Part shown: piece after piece, positions 9,482 to 19,942 of the stretch
How the letters are laid out: every line of letters begins with the position of its first letter
Numbering within the stretch: the stretch's first letter is position 1
Assembly: GCA_963674595.2 (NCBI GenBank)
Contig: CAXXFV010000029.1
Span: forward strand, 64,001-128,000
From: a bacterium
Lineage (GTDB): Bacteria > Zhuqueibacterota > Zhuqueibacteria > Residuimicrobiales > Krinioviventaceae
Reading direction: 5' to 3'
Length of the DNA stretch: 64,000 nucleotides
The notes under the pieces: generated by a model
The model's input: the letters and a program-made list of their open reading frames with translations, nothing else
Databases searched by the model: none
Told to the model about the DNA's origin: nothing
Made by a program: the position numbers and the translations under genes

Positions 9482-12280
9482 ATGAAAAATAATATAAATC
9501 AAAATCCGGAACAAATCGCCAGAGACAAAATAGACAAGATGCTCATTGATGCCGGGTGGATAGTACAATCCAAATCAAAAGTAAATTTATCAGCAAAAAA
9601 AGGTGTGGCGGTACGAGAATATTTGACAGACATTGGACCTGCTGATTATGTATTATTTGTTGACCGAAAGCCCGTAGGTGTTATTGAAGCAAAGCGGGAA
9701 GAAGAAGGTGTTCGCTTAACAGTCCATGAAGATCAGGCCGAGTCCTATGCTAAAAGCAAACTCAAACATTTAAACAACGATCCACTGCCATTTGTATACG
9801 AAAGCACCGGCACTTTAACACGCTTTACCAATCACAGAGATCCCAAGCCACGCTCACGGCCTGTTTTTAGTTTTCATCAACCTTCAACGTTGGAAGAATG
9901 GATTAAAAGGCCGGATACGCTGAGAAGCAGGCTTCAAAGAATGCCCGGCCTAATTGAAGACGGATTACGCCCGGCACAAAAGGAGGCCATTAAAAAACTT
10001 GAGGTTTCCTTTAAAGACAATCGTCCAAAAGCATTAATTCAAATGGCAACAGGTTCAGGTAAAACATTTACGGCCTGCACGTTTGTCTATCGATTATTAA
10101 AACATGCGGATGCAAAGCGGATTTTGTTTCTGGTTGACACCAAAAATCTTGGCGAACAGGCAGAACAGGAATTTCTTAAATATCTGCCCAATGATGACAA
10201 TCGAAAATTTACAGAACTGTACAATGTTCAGAGACTCTGTTCAAGCTATATCGCTTCCGACAGTCAGGTTTGCATCAGCACAATTCAACGGCTTTATTCC
10301 ATCCTTCAGGGCAAAGAGCTGGATGAAAAGCTTGAGCAGGAAAACCCGAATGAAAAATTCTGGCAGAAAAAGGAACCGATGCCGGTTGCATACAGTCCCA
10401 AAAACCCTGTAGAACAATTTGATTTTATTATTGTTGATGAATGCCACCGTTCCATTTATAATTTATGGAAACAGGTGCTGGAATATTATGATGCCTTTTT
10501 GATCGGGCTTACAGCAACCCCGGATAAACGAACGTTTGGATTCTTTGATGAAAACGTGGTCAGCGAATACACCTATGAAGACTCTGTTACGGATGGTGTG
10601 AATGTCCCTTATGATGTTTTTACCATTGAAACCAAAATCACAAAAAACGGCGCAAAGATTAAAGCCAAAGAATATGTGGACAAGAGAGAAAAACTGTCAC
10701 GCAGAAAACGTTGGGAACGGCTTGATGACGATTATGAATATACAGCGAAAAAATTGGATAACGATGTTGTCAATCCAAGCCAAATTAGAAACATAATCAA
10801 AGCGTTTAAAGATTGTTTGCCCACGATCTTTCCGGACCGGTTTGATGAAAATGGAGAGTTTGAAATCCCTAAATCATTGATATTTGCCAAAACAGACAGC
10901 CATGCGGATGATATCATCCAAATAGCCCGGGAAGAATTTGCCGAAGGCAATGATTTTTGTAAAAAAATAACCTATAAAATTGATGATGACCCCAAATCTA
11001 TCTTGAACCGGTTCCGCAATAGCTGGGCACCGCGAATTGCCGTAACAGTGGATATGATTGCCACCGGCACGGATGTAAAACCATTAGAAGTCCTGCTTTT
11101 TATGCGGGATGTAAAAAGTATCAACTATTTTGAGCAAATGAAAGGACGCGGTACAAGGACCATCAGTTTTGATGATTTGAAACGCGTCACCCGGACAGCC
11201 AAACATCAAAAAACACATTTTGTAATTATTGATGCCGTTGGTGTTGTCGAATCTAAAAAGACAGACAGCCGCCCGCTTGAGCGCAAGCGGTCTGTTCCTT
11301 TAAAAGATTTATTAGACGCTGTGGCAATCGGCGCACAGGATGAAGACCTGTTTTTATCACTTGCAAACCGGTTGATTCGCCTGGATAAACAGCTTACCAA
11401 AGATGAAAAAATAAAATTTATGGAAATGTCTGACGGCAAACAAATAAACCAGGTGGTAAAAGCGCTGTTAAACGCATACAATCCCGACATTATTGAATAT
11501 AAATCAAAAGAATTGATTAATAACAAACCAAAGCTGGACAGAACACCGGCTTTTGAAGATGCCTGCCGACAACAGGCGCAGGAAGAACTGGCAACACTGG
11601 CTGCCTCCGCCTTTAATGGTGAAATAAACGAGTATCTTGAAAATGTGCGCAAAGTTCATGAGCAGATTATTGATATGATAAATCAGGACAAGGTAACCAA
11701 AGCCGAATGGAACAGTTACACCAAAGACACAGCAAAAAAAGTGGTTAAAGACTTTGGTGAATATCTGCAAAAGCACAAAGATGAAATTAAGGCGCTCTCT
11801 ATTTTTTACAGCCAGCCCTATCAACTGCGGCAGCTTACTTTTAAAATGATTAAAGAGGTTTTGGAAAAACTGAAACTCGATAAACCGTTACTGGCGCCAA
11901 ATTATGTGTGGGATGCCTATGCACAGTTGGAAGCAGTAAAAGGAAACAGCCCCAAAAATGAACTGGCGGCATTGGTTTCTCTTATTCGCCGGGTAACAGG
12001 TCTGGATGAAACATTAACATCATACGACAGCACGGTAAACAGAAATTTTCAAACCTGGGTATTTAAAAAGCATTCTGGTGCAGGGGATAAATTCACAGAA
12101 GAACAGATGGAATGGCTGCGAATGTTAAAAGACCATATTGCCACCAGTTTTCATATTGAAGTGGATGATCTGGATTATACGCCATTTGATGCACAGGGCG
12201 GCAGGGGCAAAATGTACCAGTTGTTTGGAGATGATATGAATATTATAATTGATGAACTGAATGAGGCATTGGCGGCGTAG
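9482..12280 (+). CDS. hsdR: Type I restriction enzyme R subunit (EcoAI/EcoEI-like)
   Basis: ADYVL...IEAK nuclease motif, MATGSGKT, DECH, LTATP, QMKGRGTR; EcoEI-type C-terminus. Confidence 0.95.
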   Translation: MKNNINQNPEQIARDKIDKMLIDAGWIVQSKSKVNLSAKKGVAVREYLTDIGPADYVLFVDRKPVGVIEAKREEEGVRLTVHEDQAESYAKSKLKHLNNDPLPFVYESTGTLTRFTNHRDPKPRSRPVFSFHQPSTLEEWIKRPDTLRSRLQRMPGLIEDGLRPAQKEAIKKLEVSFKDNRPKALIQMATGSGKTFTACTFVYRLLKHADAKRILFLVDTKNLGEQAEQEFLKYLPNDDNRKFTELYNVQRLCSSYIASDSQVCISTIQRLYSILQGKELDEKLEQENPNEKFWQKKEPMPVAYSPKNPVEQFDFIIVDECHRSIYNLWKQVLEYYDAFLIGLTATPDKRTFGFFDENVVSEYTYEDSVTDGVNVPYDVFTIETKITKNGAKIKAKEYVDKREKLSRRKRWERLDDDYEYTAKKLDNDVVNPSQIRNIIKAFKDCLPTIFPDRFDENGEFEIPKSLIFAKTDSHADDIIQIAREEFAEGNDFCKKITYKIDDDPKSILNRFRNSWAPRIAVTVDMIATGTDVKPLEVLLFMRDVKSINYFEQMKGRGTRTISFDDLKRVTRTAKHQKTHFVIIDAVGVVESKKTDSRPLERKRSVPLKDLLDAVAIGAQDEDLFLSLANRLIRLDKQLTKDEKIKFMEMSDGKQINQVVKALLNAYNPDIIEYKSKELINNKPKLDRTPAFEDACRQQAQEELATLAASAFNGEINEYLENVRKVHEQIIDMINQDKVTKAEWNSYTKDTAKKVVKDFGEYLQKHKDEIKALSIFYSQPYQLRQLTFKMIKEVLEKLKLDKPLLAPNYVWDAYAQLEAVKGNSPKNELAALVSLIRRVTGLDETLTSYDSTVNRNFQTWVFKKHSGAGDKFTEEQMEWLRMLKDHIATSFHIEVDDLDYTPFDAQGGRGKMYQLFGDDMNIIIDELNEALAA

Positions 12281-13546
12281 ATGAGAGAAGATTGGATTGA
12301 AGCAGAATTAGGGGAAATTTGTAATATAAATATGGGGCAGTCTCCTCCATCAACAACATATAATGATAGGGGTGATGGACTTCCATTTTTTCAAGGAAAA
12401 GCTGAATTTACTTTACTTCACCCAAAAGTTAAAAAATGGTGCAATAAACCAAAGAAGATTGCTGAAGTTGAAGATATTCTTTTATCTGTTAGAGCGCCTG
12501 TTGGAGCGACTAATATAGCAAATGTGAAATGCGCAATTGGTCGGGGATTAGCCGCGATATCATATAAGCCCTGTATGCTTTTTGTTCTCTACTTTTTAAA
12601 ATTGATAGAAAAAAAATTAGATGAACAAGGTACAGGAACAACTTTTAGAGCAATATCGGGTGCTATACTTAAATCCCAAAAAATTCCTCTGCCCCCTCTC
12701 CCTGAACAACGCGCCATCGTCGCCAAAATAGAAGAATTATTTAGTGAGTTAGACAACGGCATTGCCAACCTGAAAGCGGCCAAAGACAAACTGGAAATCT
12801 ACCGCCAGGCTGTTTTAAAAAAAGCGTTTGAAGGAGAATTGACAAATACAAAAAATATTGAATGGATTACTCTCGGTGAAGTTTGCGATAATGTAGAATA
12901 TGGGACTTCTTCTAAATCAGATAAGGAAGGACAAGTTCCTGTATTACGAATGGGTAATATTCAAAACGGTAAGTTTGATTGGCAAGATTTGGTTTTTACA
13001 AGTGATAAAGAAGAAATTAAAAAATATAAATTACACAAGGATGATGTTTTATTCAACAGAACAAATAGTCCTGAATGGGTCGGAAAAACAGCAATATATA
13101 AAGGTGAAAGGCCAGCAATCTTTGCTGGCTACTTGATTAGAGTTAATTATAAGAAAGATTTAATTGATGGTGATTACCTAAACTATTATTTGAATTCACA
13201 TACAGCTAAAAAATGGGGTAATAAAGTAAAAAGTTTTGGAGTCAATCAAGCAAATATCAATGGTACTAAATTAAAAAAATATCCATTTCCACAGACATCT
13301 TTACAAGATCAAAAAGAAATTGTCATTGAAATCGAAACCCGTCTCTCTGTCTGCGACAATATCCAAAAAAGCATTGATGAAAATTTACAAAAAGCTAAAG
13401 CCCTGCGCCAAAGCATATTAAAAAAAGCATTTGAAGGCAGGTTGCTGAATGAAGAGGAATTAAAAGCCTGCCGCCTGGAACCGGACTGGGAACCGGCAGA
13501 AGAACTGTTGAAACGAATTAAAGATGAAAAGAAAGCCAAAGCATGA
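12281..13546 (+). CDS. hsdS: Type I R-M specificity subunit
   Basis: Two target recognition domains separated by PLPPLPEQ...LKKAFEG conserved regions. Confidence 0.95.
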   Translation: MREDWIEAELGEICNINMGQSPPSTTYNDRGDGLPFFQGKAEFTLLHPKVKKWCNKPKKIAEVEDILLSVRAPVGATNIANVKCAIGRGLAAISYKPCMLFVLYFLKLIEKKLDEQGTGTTFRAISGAILKSQKIPLPPLPEQRAIVAKIEELFSELDNGIANLKAAKDKLEIYRQAVLKKAFEGELTNTKNIEWITLGEVCDNVEYGTSSKSDKEGQVPVLRMGNIQNGKFDWQDLVFTSDKEEIKKYKLHKDDVLFNRTNSPEWVGKTAIYKGERPAIFAGYLIRVNYKKDLIDGDYLNYYLNSHTAKKWGNKVKSFGVNQANINGTKLKKYPFPQTSLQDQKEIVIEIETRLSVCDNIQKSIDENLQKAKALRQSILKKAFEGRLLNEEELKACRLEPDWEPAEELLKRIKDEKKAKA

Positions 13547-15030
13547 GTAACGAATCGAGTATTATATCAAAAGTGTGGAGTTTTGCCCACGTATTGAGAG
13601 ATGATGGTGTGGGGTATGGAGATTATCTGGAACAGATTACCTATTTACTGTTCCTAAAAATGATCGACGAATTTGCCAAACCGCCCTATAACAGAAAAAT
13701 TGCCGTGCCTGAAGGATATGGCTGGGAAAGCCTGAGAAATAAAAAAGGGGCAGAACTAGAACTTCACTATACAACCATGCTCCGAACACTGGCAAAAACC
13801 AAAGGCATTTTGGGACAGATTTTCACAAAGTCACAAAACAAAATTCAAGATCCTGCCAAACTTTATCGCATCATCGATATGGTGGATAAAGAAAAATGGA
13901 GCATGCTGGGAACCGACCTGAAAGGAAAAATTTATGAAGATTTGCTGGAAAAAACCGCCGAAGATACCAAAAGCGGCGCCGGCCAATATTTTACCCCCAG
14001 GCCCCTCATTAAAGCCATGATCGAGTGTGTGCGTCCCGAACCAAACAGAACAATATGTGATCCGGCATGTGGAACAGGCGGGTTCTTTCTGGCCAGTTTT
14101 GATTTTATTGATAAACACCATCCGTTAAATATCGATCAAAAGAAATTCCTGAAAAACGAAACGTTTTACGGCAACGAAATTGTTGCCAACACCCGCCGAT
14201 TGTGCCTGATGAACATGTTCCTGCATAACATCGGTGAACTGGATGGCGGCACCTTTATTTCTTCCACGGATGCTCTTGTTGCGGATGAAGGAAACAGATA
14301 CGACTATGTGCTGACAAATCCCCCATTTGGTAAAAAAAGCAGTATGACCATTACCAATGAAGAAGGCTTGCAGGAAAAACAAGACCTCACATACAATCGT
14401 CAGGATTTTTGGAAAACAACGTCCAACAAGCAGCTTAATTTTTTACAACACATCAAAACATTATTAAAAACCACCGGCGAGGCAGCCGTTGTTCTGCCTG
14501 ATAATGTATTATTTGAAGGCGGTGCCGGTGAAACAATCCGTAAAGAGCTGATGAAAACAACCGATTTGCACACCATATTAAGGCTGCCTACAGGTATATT
14601 CTATGCTCAGGGCGTTAAAGCAAACGTGCTGTTTTTCGATAACAAGGCCGCTTCAAAACATCCCTGGACTAAAGAGGTTTGGGTGTATGACTACCGGACC
14701 AACATCCATCACACCCTCAAGAAAAAACCACTAAATCTGGAAGACCTGAGAGATTTCATTACACTTTATAATCCGTCCAATCGAAACAACAGAACCGAAA
14801 CCTGGTCTGAAGAAAATCCCGAAGGCAGATGGCGTAAATTTACGTATGAAGAAATCATCGCCAGAGATAAAACCAATCTGGACATCTTTTGGCTCAAAGA
14901 TAAAAGTCTGGCAGACCTGGATAACCTCCCTGATCCGGACGTCCTCGCAAGCGAAATTATTGACGATATAGAAGCCGGTTTGGAGAATTTTAAATCGATC
15001 ATGGAGACGCTTAACGGAGAGCGGGTTTAG
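13543..15030 (+). CDS. hsdM: Type I R-M methyltransferase subunit
   Basis: GQYFTP, DPACGTGGF and NPPF motifs; ATGA overlap with hsdS. Confidence 0.96.
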   Translation: MSNESSIISKVWSFAHVLRDDGVGYGDYLEQITYLLFLKMIDEFAKPPYNRKIAVPEGYGWESLRNKKGAELELHYTTMLRTLAKTKGILGQIFTKSQNKIQDPAKLYRIIDMVDKEKWSMLGTDLKGKIYEDLLEKTAEDTKSGAGQYFTPRPLIKAMIECVRPEPNRTICDPACGTGGFFLASFDFIDKHHPLNIDQKKFLKNETFYGNEIVANTRRLCLMNMFLHNIGELDGGTFISSTDALVADEGNRYDYVLTNPPFGKKSSMTITNEEGLQEKQDLTYNRQDFWKTTSNKQLNFLQHIKTLLKTTGEAAVVLPDNVLFEGGAGETIRKELMKTTDLHTILRLPTGIFYAQGVKANVLFFDNKAASKHPWTKEVWVYDYRTNIHHTLKKKPLNLEDLRDFITLYNPSNRNNRTETWSEENPEGRWRKFTYEEIIARDKTNLDIFWLKDKSLADLDNLPDPDVLASEIIDDIEAGLENFKSIMETLNGERV

Positions 15031-15184
15031 CCGCAGGTTGCGCTTCTACCGCACCATTATGTAAAAAACAAATTCAAAGCCGTGTCACCCTGATCGGCCT
15101 TTCGACTCCGCTCAAGGACCAAGTCGAAGGATGACCGGAAAACAGGTTTTTAACAAGATCGTAACTCTAACCGGAGCCATTAAC

Positions 15185-16681
15185 ATGGAATTTAACAGAC
15201 GCAATTTTATCAAAACGGTCGGTATGGGCGCCCTGTCATCAGGATTAGCAGGATTTCTGCAGTCGTGCGCTAAACAATCGTCCCCGCCCAATGTGATATT
15301 CATCCTGTCCGATGACCTCGGCTATGGCGACTTGGGCTGCTATGGGGCCACACATTTTGAAACACCCGCCTGCGACCGTCTTGCCAATGAGGGCATGCGC
15401 TTTACGGACGCCCATTCAGCCTCTGCCGTTTGCAGTCCCACCCGTTACTCTGTGCTGACCGGGCGTTATAGCTGGCGCAGTTGGCTTAAAAACTGGGTGC
15501 TTATGGAAAACCATCCCCTGTTGATTGATACGGACCGGCTCACCATGGGTAAAATGTTCCAAAAGGCCGGTTACACAACCGGATGTATCGGTAAATGGCA
15601 CCTGGGCTGGGGCACGGACCTGAATACCGATTTCAGCGGCGAGGTCAGTCCCGGACCATTAGAAGTGGGATTTGACTCGTTTTATGGTGTTCCATTCAGC
15701 CACAACAGTTCCAAACCGCTGCAGGTATTTATACGCGACCGGCATATCGAGAACCTGAAAAACGGACTCAAGTATAACAGCGAAGAGGCCATGAAAGATA
15801 CGGTCCGCGAGCTGGAGGACACGGCCATTGATCTTTCCAAAGAGGCTGTTGCATTTGTAGAGCGGAACAAAGACAAACCGTTCTTTCTCTATTATCCCAC
15901 CACCAACATACACTTTCCCCTGACGCCCAACAGCCGTTTCAAGGGCGCTTCAAACGCCGGCGTTTACGGTGACTTTGTCGTCGAGTTTGACTGGGCGGTG
16001 GGTCAGCTTCTCGATGCACTGGACCGCAACAACCTCACCGACAATACAATAGTCGTGCTCACCAGTGACAACGGCGGACGGCCCGACCCGGACATGCACG
16101 GCCACAAATGTAACGGGCCCTGGCGCGGCACCAAAAGGCAGATATACGAAGGCGGCCACCGGATACCCCTGATTGTGCGCTGGCCGGGTAAAGTTGAAAA
16201 AGGCTCCACCTCTAACGAGACGGTCTGTCTCACAGATTTTTTTGCCACTTTTGCCAATTTGCTTGACCAGCAGCTTCCTGAAAATGCCGGTGAAGACAGT
16301 TATGACCTGACGAACCTGTTGCAGGGCAAACGTTATGAACAGCCGCTGCGTGAGGCCACGGTTCATCACTCTGTGTCCGGGCAATTCGCCATACGCAAAG
16401 GCGACTGGAAACTGATAGAAGGCAGCGGCAACGGTGATTTTCCCAGGGATGCGGAAAACCACATCGATATAAAAGTGAGGAATCCCGAAAAGGACCCGGA
16501 AACCGGTAAATGGAGCAAAATGGATTACTTTTTGTTAAAGCCCGACGGAGAATTCCAGCTTTATGACCTGAAAAATGATCCTGCGGAGGAACACAATCTC
16601 GCTGAAAAGCGCCCCGACAAAGTTAAGGAATTATATGCCCTGTTGAACCATTACCGTTCAGGTAAAAGATCAGCGTCATAA
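15185..16681 (+). CDS. Arylsulfatase-family sulfatase with Tat signal (probable lipoprotein)
   Basis: NRRNF Tat motif, DDLGYGD, CSPTR, GKWHLG, SDNG; start placed at ATG 15185 after GGAG. Confidence 0.93.
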   Translation: MEFNRRNFIKTVGMGALSSGLAGFLQSCAKQSSPPNVIFILSDDLGYGDLGCYGATHFETPACDRLANEGMRFTDAHSASAVCSPTRYSVLTGRYSWRSWLKNWVLMENHPLLIDTDRLTMGKMFQKAGYTTGCIGKWHLGWGTDLNTDFSGEVSPGPLEVGFDSFYGVPFSHNSSKPLQVFIRDRHIENLKNGLKYNSEEAMKDTVRELEDTAIDLSKEAVAFVERNKDKPFFLYYPTTNIHFPLTPNSRFKGASNAGVYGDFVVEFDWAVGQLLDALDRNNLTDNTIVVLTSDNGGRPDPDMHGHKCNGPWRGTKRQIYEGGHRIPLIVRWPGKVEKGSTSNETVCLTDFFATFANLLDQQLPENAGEDSYDLTNLLQGKRYEQPLREATVHHSVSGQFAIRKGDWKLIEGSGNGDFPRDAENHIDIKVRNPEKDPETGKWSKMDYFLLKPDGEFQLYDLKNDPAEEHNLAEKRPDKVKELYALLNHYRSGKRSAS

Positions 16682-16771
16682 AAGGGCCAAGCCCTTTCGG
16701 TAATCCGTATAAGGGTAGAGAACATTTGGACGATCAAAATGAATCTAATAAATAGGGAGGATAATTACATT

Positions 16772-17236
16772 TTGAAAAGACAAAAACATACAATAGGCGC
16801 TATTGTAAAAATAAAAATTGACCATGAGTTTCAGACTTATGCCAGGATTCTCAATAATGCAAGTTATGCATTTTACGATTGTCGAACAAAAAATGATATT
16901 AAAGACTTAAATTTAATAGCATCAAAACCTATTTTATTTATTTTATCAGTTTATAAAAGCGCAATTACAAAAGGAAGGTGGTTAAAAATTGGTACTCTTC
17001 CTTTAGAAGAAAAATTAAAAAGCCTTCCTTTGACATTTATTCAAGATGACTTGAATCCAAATATTTTTCAAATATACGATCCTAATACAGGTGAATTTAG
17101 AAAAGCTTTAAAAGAAGAGTGTTTGGACTTGGAATGTGCATCTGTATGGGAAGCTGAACATGTAGAAGAACGTTTAAGAGATCATTACGATGGGAAACCA
17201 AATGTGTGGGTAGAACAATTAAGAATAAAATTGTAG
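16772..17236 (+). CDS. Imm26-like immunity protein
   Basis: G.IVKI, FYD, W..IG and ASVWEAEHVEERLRDHY.GKPN pattern; probable TTG start after GGGAGG (the ORF is open from 16739). Confidence 0.75.
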   Translation: MKRQKHTIGAIVKIKIDHEFQTYARILNNASYAFYDCRTKNDIKDLNLIASKPILFILSVYKSAITKGRWLKIGTLPLEEKLKSLPLTFIQDDLNPNIFQIYDPNTGEFRKALKEECLDLECASVWEAEHVEERLRDHYDGKPNVWVEQLRIKL

Positions 17237-17362
17237 AATGGGCCATTTAAGCCCATCATTTAACCGATACTTAAATTTGTAATTATTTGTATAAATATTT
17301 TCCCTACGGTTATCTTTTTGCCGGGTTCCACAAAAGAATCCGACCTACAACTTGGAAGATCA

Positions 17363-17420
17363 AGGGATGAAATCCCGAATTCATTGGTTCCGCAGGGGAT
17401 TGCATATCCCCTGCGAGCGG
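17363..17420 (-). repeat. CGCTCG-footed two-hairpin unit (CAGGGGAT..ATCCCCTG subfamily)
   Basis: Copies at 701-759 and 21976-22032; partial at ~45355 and ~47427. Confidence 0.8.
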
Positions 17421-17465
17421 AGAATTGCCCAAATGTAAAAGAATGGAAAGTAAAGGTTTAAGCTT

Positions 17466-17975
17466 TTGGATAAATATAATAGAAAATTAAATGAGAGTCT
17501 TTTTCTAGCTGAATTTTACAATCATATCAAACTATTTGGATTCAAAAAAACTGGTAAAACGTTTTGGAAAAATAAAAACGATATAAAATTTTTAATTAAT
17601 TTTCAAAAATCTCAATGGGATACTTTATTTTATATAAATATCGGTTTTTACTTTGAATCACTAAAACCTTTAGAAAAAAAAGTACCCAAAGATTACGAAT
17701 GGCATTTTTGTAACAGGATTAATTCATTAATAGAAATGCCTAAAGTTAGTCTTGAAAAATTAACTAATTACAATCTCCCAGAAGAAAAAATCGTAATATC
17801 CGTGAATGAACTATTTAGCTATTTTAAAAATGACATTATTCCATTAATGGATAAAATTGGTAATTATTCCTATTTAAAAAATAATTTTAGTGATTCTGCA
17901 ACATTTAAAGGATTTATAATTCAAAATTTAAAATCATCGGATTTTCTTAATTTTTTTCAAAAAAATTCTAATTGA
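17466..17975 (+). CDS. DUF4304 domain protein
   Basis: GFKKTGKTF...INFQKSQW...FYINIG pattern. Confidence 0.75.
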   Translation: MDKYNRKLNESLFLAEFYNHIKLFGFKKTGKTFWKNKNDIKFLINFQKSQWDTLFYINIGFYFESLKPLEKKVPKDYEWHFCNRINSLIEMPKVSLEKLTNYNLPEEKIVISVNELFSYFKNDIIPLMDKIGNYSYLKNNFSDSATFKGFIIQNLKSSDFLNFFQKNSN

Positions 17976-18562
17976 TAAATTTTTTATCGCCCAAAAATTC
18001 TGCCACATCTGGAACTTCCCTGGGCGCAAATCAGGCGGGGTATTTACCGGGATAAACCCAAGGTTTAATAATATAAGCATTAATATAGGCCCGTTATTTG
18101 AGAACAGATCAGGGCAGATGCCCTGGTTTATTTAAAGGGCAAAGCCCTTTCGTTAACCCGTCCAGGGGTAGAGAACCCCTGGACGATCAAACAATCAGCA
18201 GCAGGGGCCTTTCGACTTCGCTCAAGGACCGCAAATTACCCAACCTTGAAGCGGACGCTGAGCGGAGTCGAAGCGGGAGCAGAGTAACCATGTCATCCTG
18301 AGCGGAGTTAAAGGGTGGGCGTGGGGTAACACCAAATGGTTTTGCAGCTTTAAATTAAACATCAAATTCATTCAATAATAATGTTATGAGTAAGAAAATA
18401 TCTTGTAAAGAAGATAAAAAAGTATTATCTATTGTTATTATATATAGGTCTAACCAAGGTTGATGGATTTGAACAATAGAACATATACAATCGTTAGGCA
18501 GCACCTGATAATGGAGGTTCAGTATATTACATTTTTGATGTGATTTTCTGTATATTAATTGC

Positions 18563-19546
18563 ATGAACATGATTGACAAAAAAATTAAAGAGTTTCAAAT
18601 TTGGTACAAAAATGAATTACCTCATCATGAAGAGGCGATAAGCTTTTTTTCTAACCTGATTATCGAAATTCCAAAAGTAGAATCTGTCAGTAGCAGGGTT
18701 AAAACTTTGGATGAATGTATTAATAAATTCAAACGAAAATATTTATCCTCTTTAGAACAGGAAAACAAAGAATATAAAATTAATAATTACATTACCGATT
18801 TAATAGGAATACGTGCAATCTGTTTATATTCTGAAGATGTCTATAAAATAAGGCAAAAACTGAAAAAATATTTTCAAGAAGTTGAAATAACAGATAAATC
18901 AGGCCAATTAGAAAAAACCGATGATAAATTCGGTTATAAAGGGGTGCACCTGCAATTGGCCCTGAAGAATCGATTAAAGGGGATTCCGGATCAGGCAAAA
19001 TTCAAAAAAATTACATTTGAGCTTCAAATTCATACGATTATACAGGATGCATGGAGTATACTGGATCACAAAATAAAATACAAAAAAAGTATACCTCAAA
19101 ATCTTAAGCGAAGAATTAACCGTTTATCAGCTCTATTTGAAATTGCTGATGATGAGTTTTTAAGCATCCAGAAAGAAATTTCCCTGGAAGAACTAAAAAT
19201 TAATAAAAGGCTCCAAAGGGGCGGAAAAATTGAACGAACAAAAGCCCTTGATGTATTCCGGTTTTTGTTCATTTCATTGAAATATTTCCCTGATTACTAC
19301 TTTGTAGAGTCTAAAATTGATGGATTTGTTCAAGAAATTTTAACGCTCAATAGCAACTTTACAGAAGGAGAATTAAATGAAGCATTAAAATTGCATCTCT
19401 CTTTTGTAAATAAAATAGAAATAAAAATAAAACAAAATTTGAATCCATATACAAAAATCCGATACTGTTTATACAAGTTCGATTTTAAAAACTTTGAATC
19501 ATTATTGTCTAAACATCAGCAGGGCATAATAAATAGTTACACTTAG
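18563..19546 (+). CDS. RelA/SpoT-domain protein (small alarmone synthetase-like)
   Basis: RVK....I.K, DLIGIR, GYKGVH, ELQIHT..QDAW..LDH...YK; no hydrolase domain. Confidence 0.88.
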   Translation: MNMIDKKIKEFQIWYKNELPHHEEAISFFSNLIIEIPKVESVSSRVKTLDECINKFKRKYLSSLEQENKEYKINNYITDLIGIRAICLYSEDVYKIRQKLKKYFQEVEITDKSGQLEKTDDKFGYKGVHLQLALKNRLKGIPDQAKFKKITFELQIHTIIQDAWSILDHKIKYKKSIPQNLKRRINRLSALFEIADDEFLSIQKEISLEELKINKRLQRGGKIERTKALDVFRFLFISLKYFPDYYFVESKIDGFVQEILTLNSNFTEGELNEALKLHLSFVNKIEIKIKQNLNPYTKIRYCLYKFDFKNFESLLSKHQQGIINSYT

Positions 19547-19942
19547 TGGGTGGGTTAAATAATAATTACTATTTCCAAATCGATGTATAATAATAGATGT
19601 GATGCAGTAAATTCAATAGTGCGGACAGGAAGCTTGAACGTTGCGTATTCTATACGCCAGGTTACAAGTTGCAGGCCGGCATACAATTTTAAACCATGTC
19701 ATTTTTATATTTAAAGCGGACCCTGAGCGGCCTTTCGACTTCGCTCAAGGACCGAGCCGAAGCGGGAGCATGAATGACAGGTTTCGAACCTTCTGCGATC
19801 TCTCCGCCTTTGCGTTAAAAGCAATTTTTAAAAAAAACCACCATCACCCCGGGTAAACCGTCATTTTCCTTTAAATTCAATAAAAATGAGTCAATCCGTT
19901 GCAGAATAATATATAATTCTATATATTATTACAACGAGTTGA

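Noticed and set aside
12281-13546. Phase-variable hsdS (shufflon or simple-sequence repeat)
   Set aside because: There is a single hsdS, no silent TRDs, no recombinase and no notable repeat tract.
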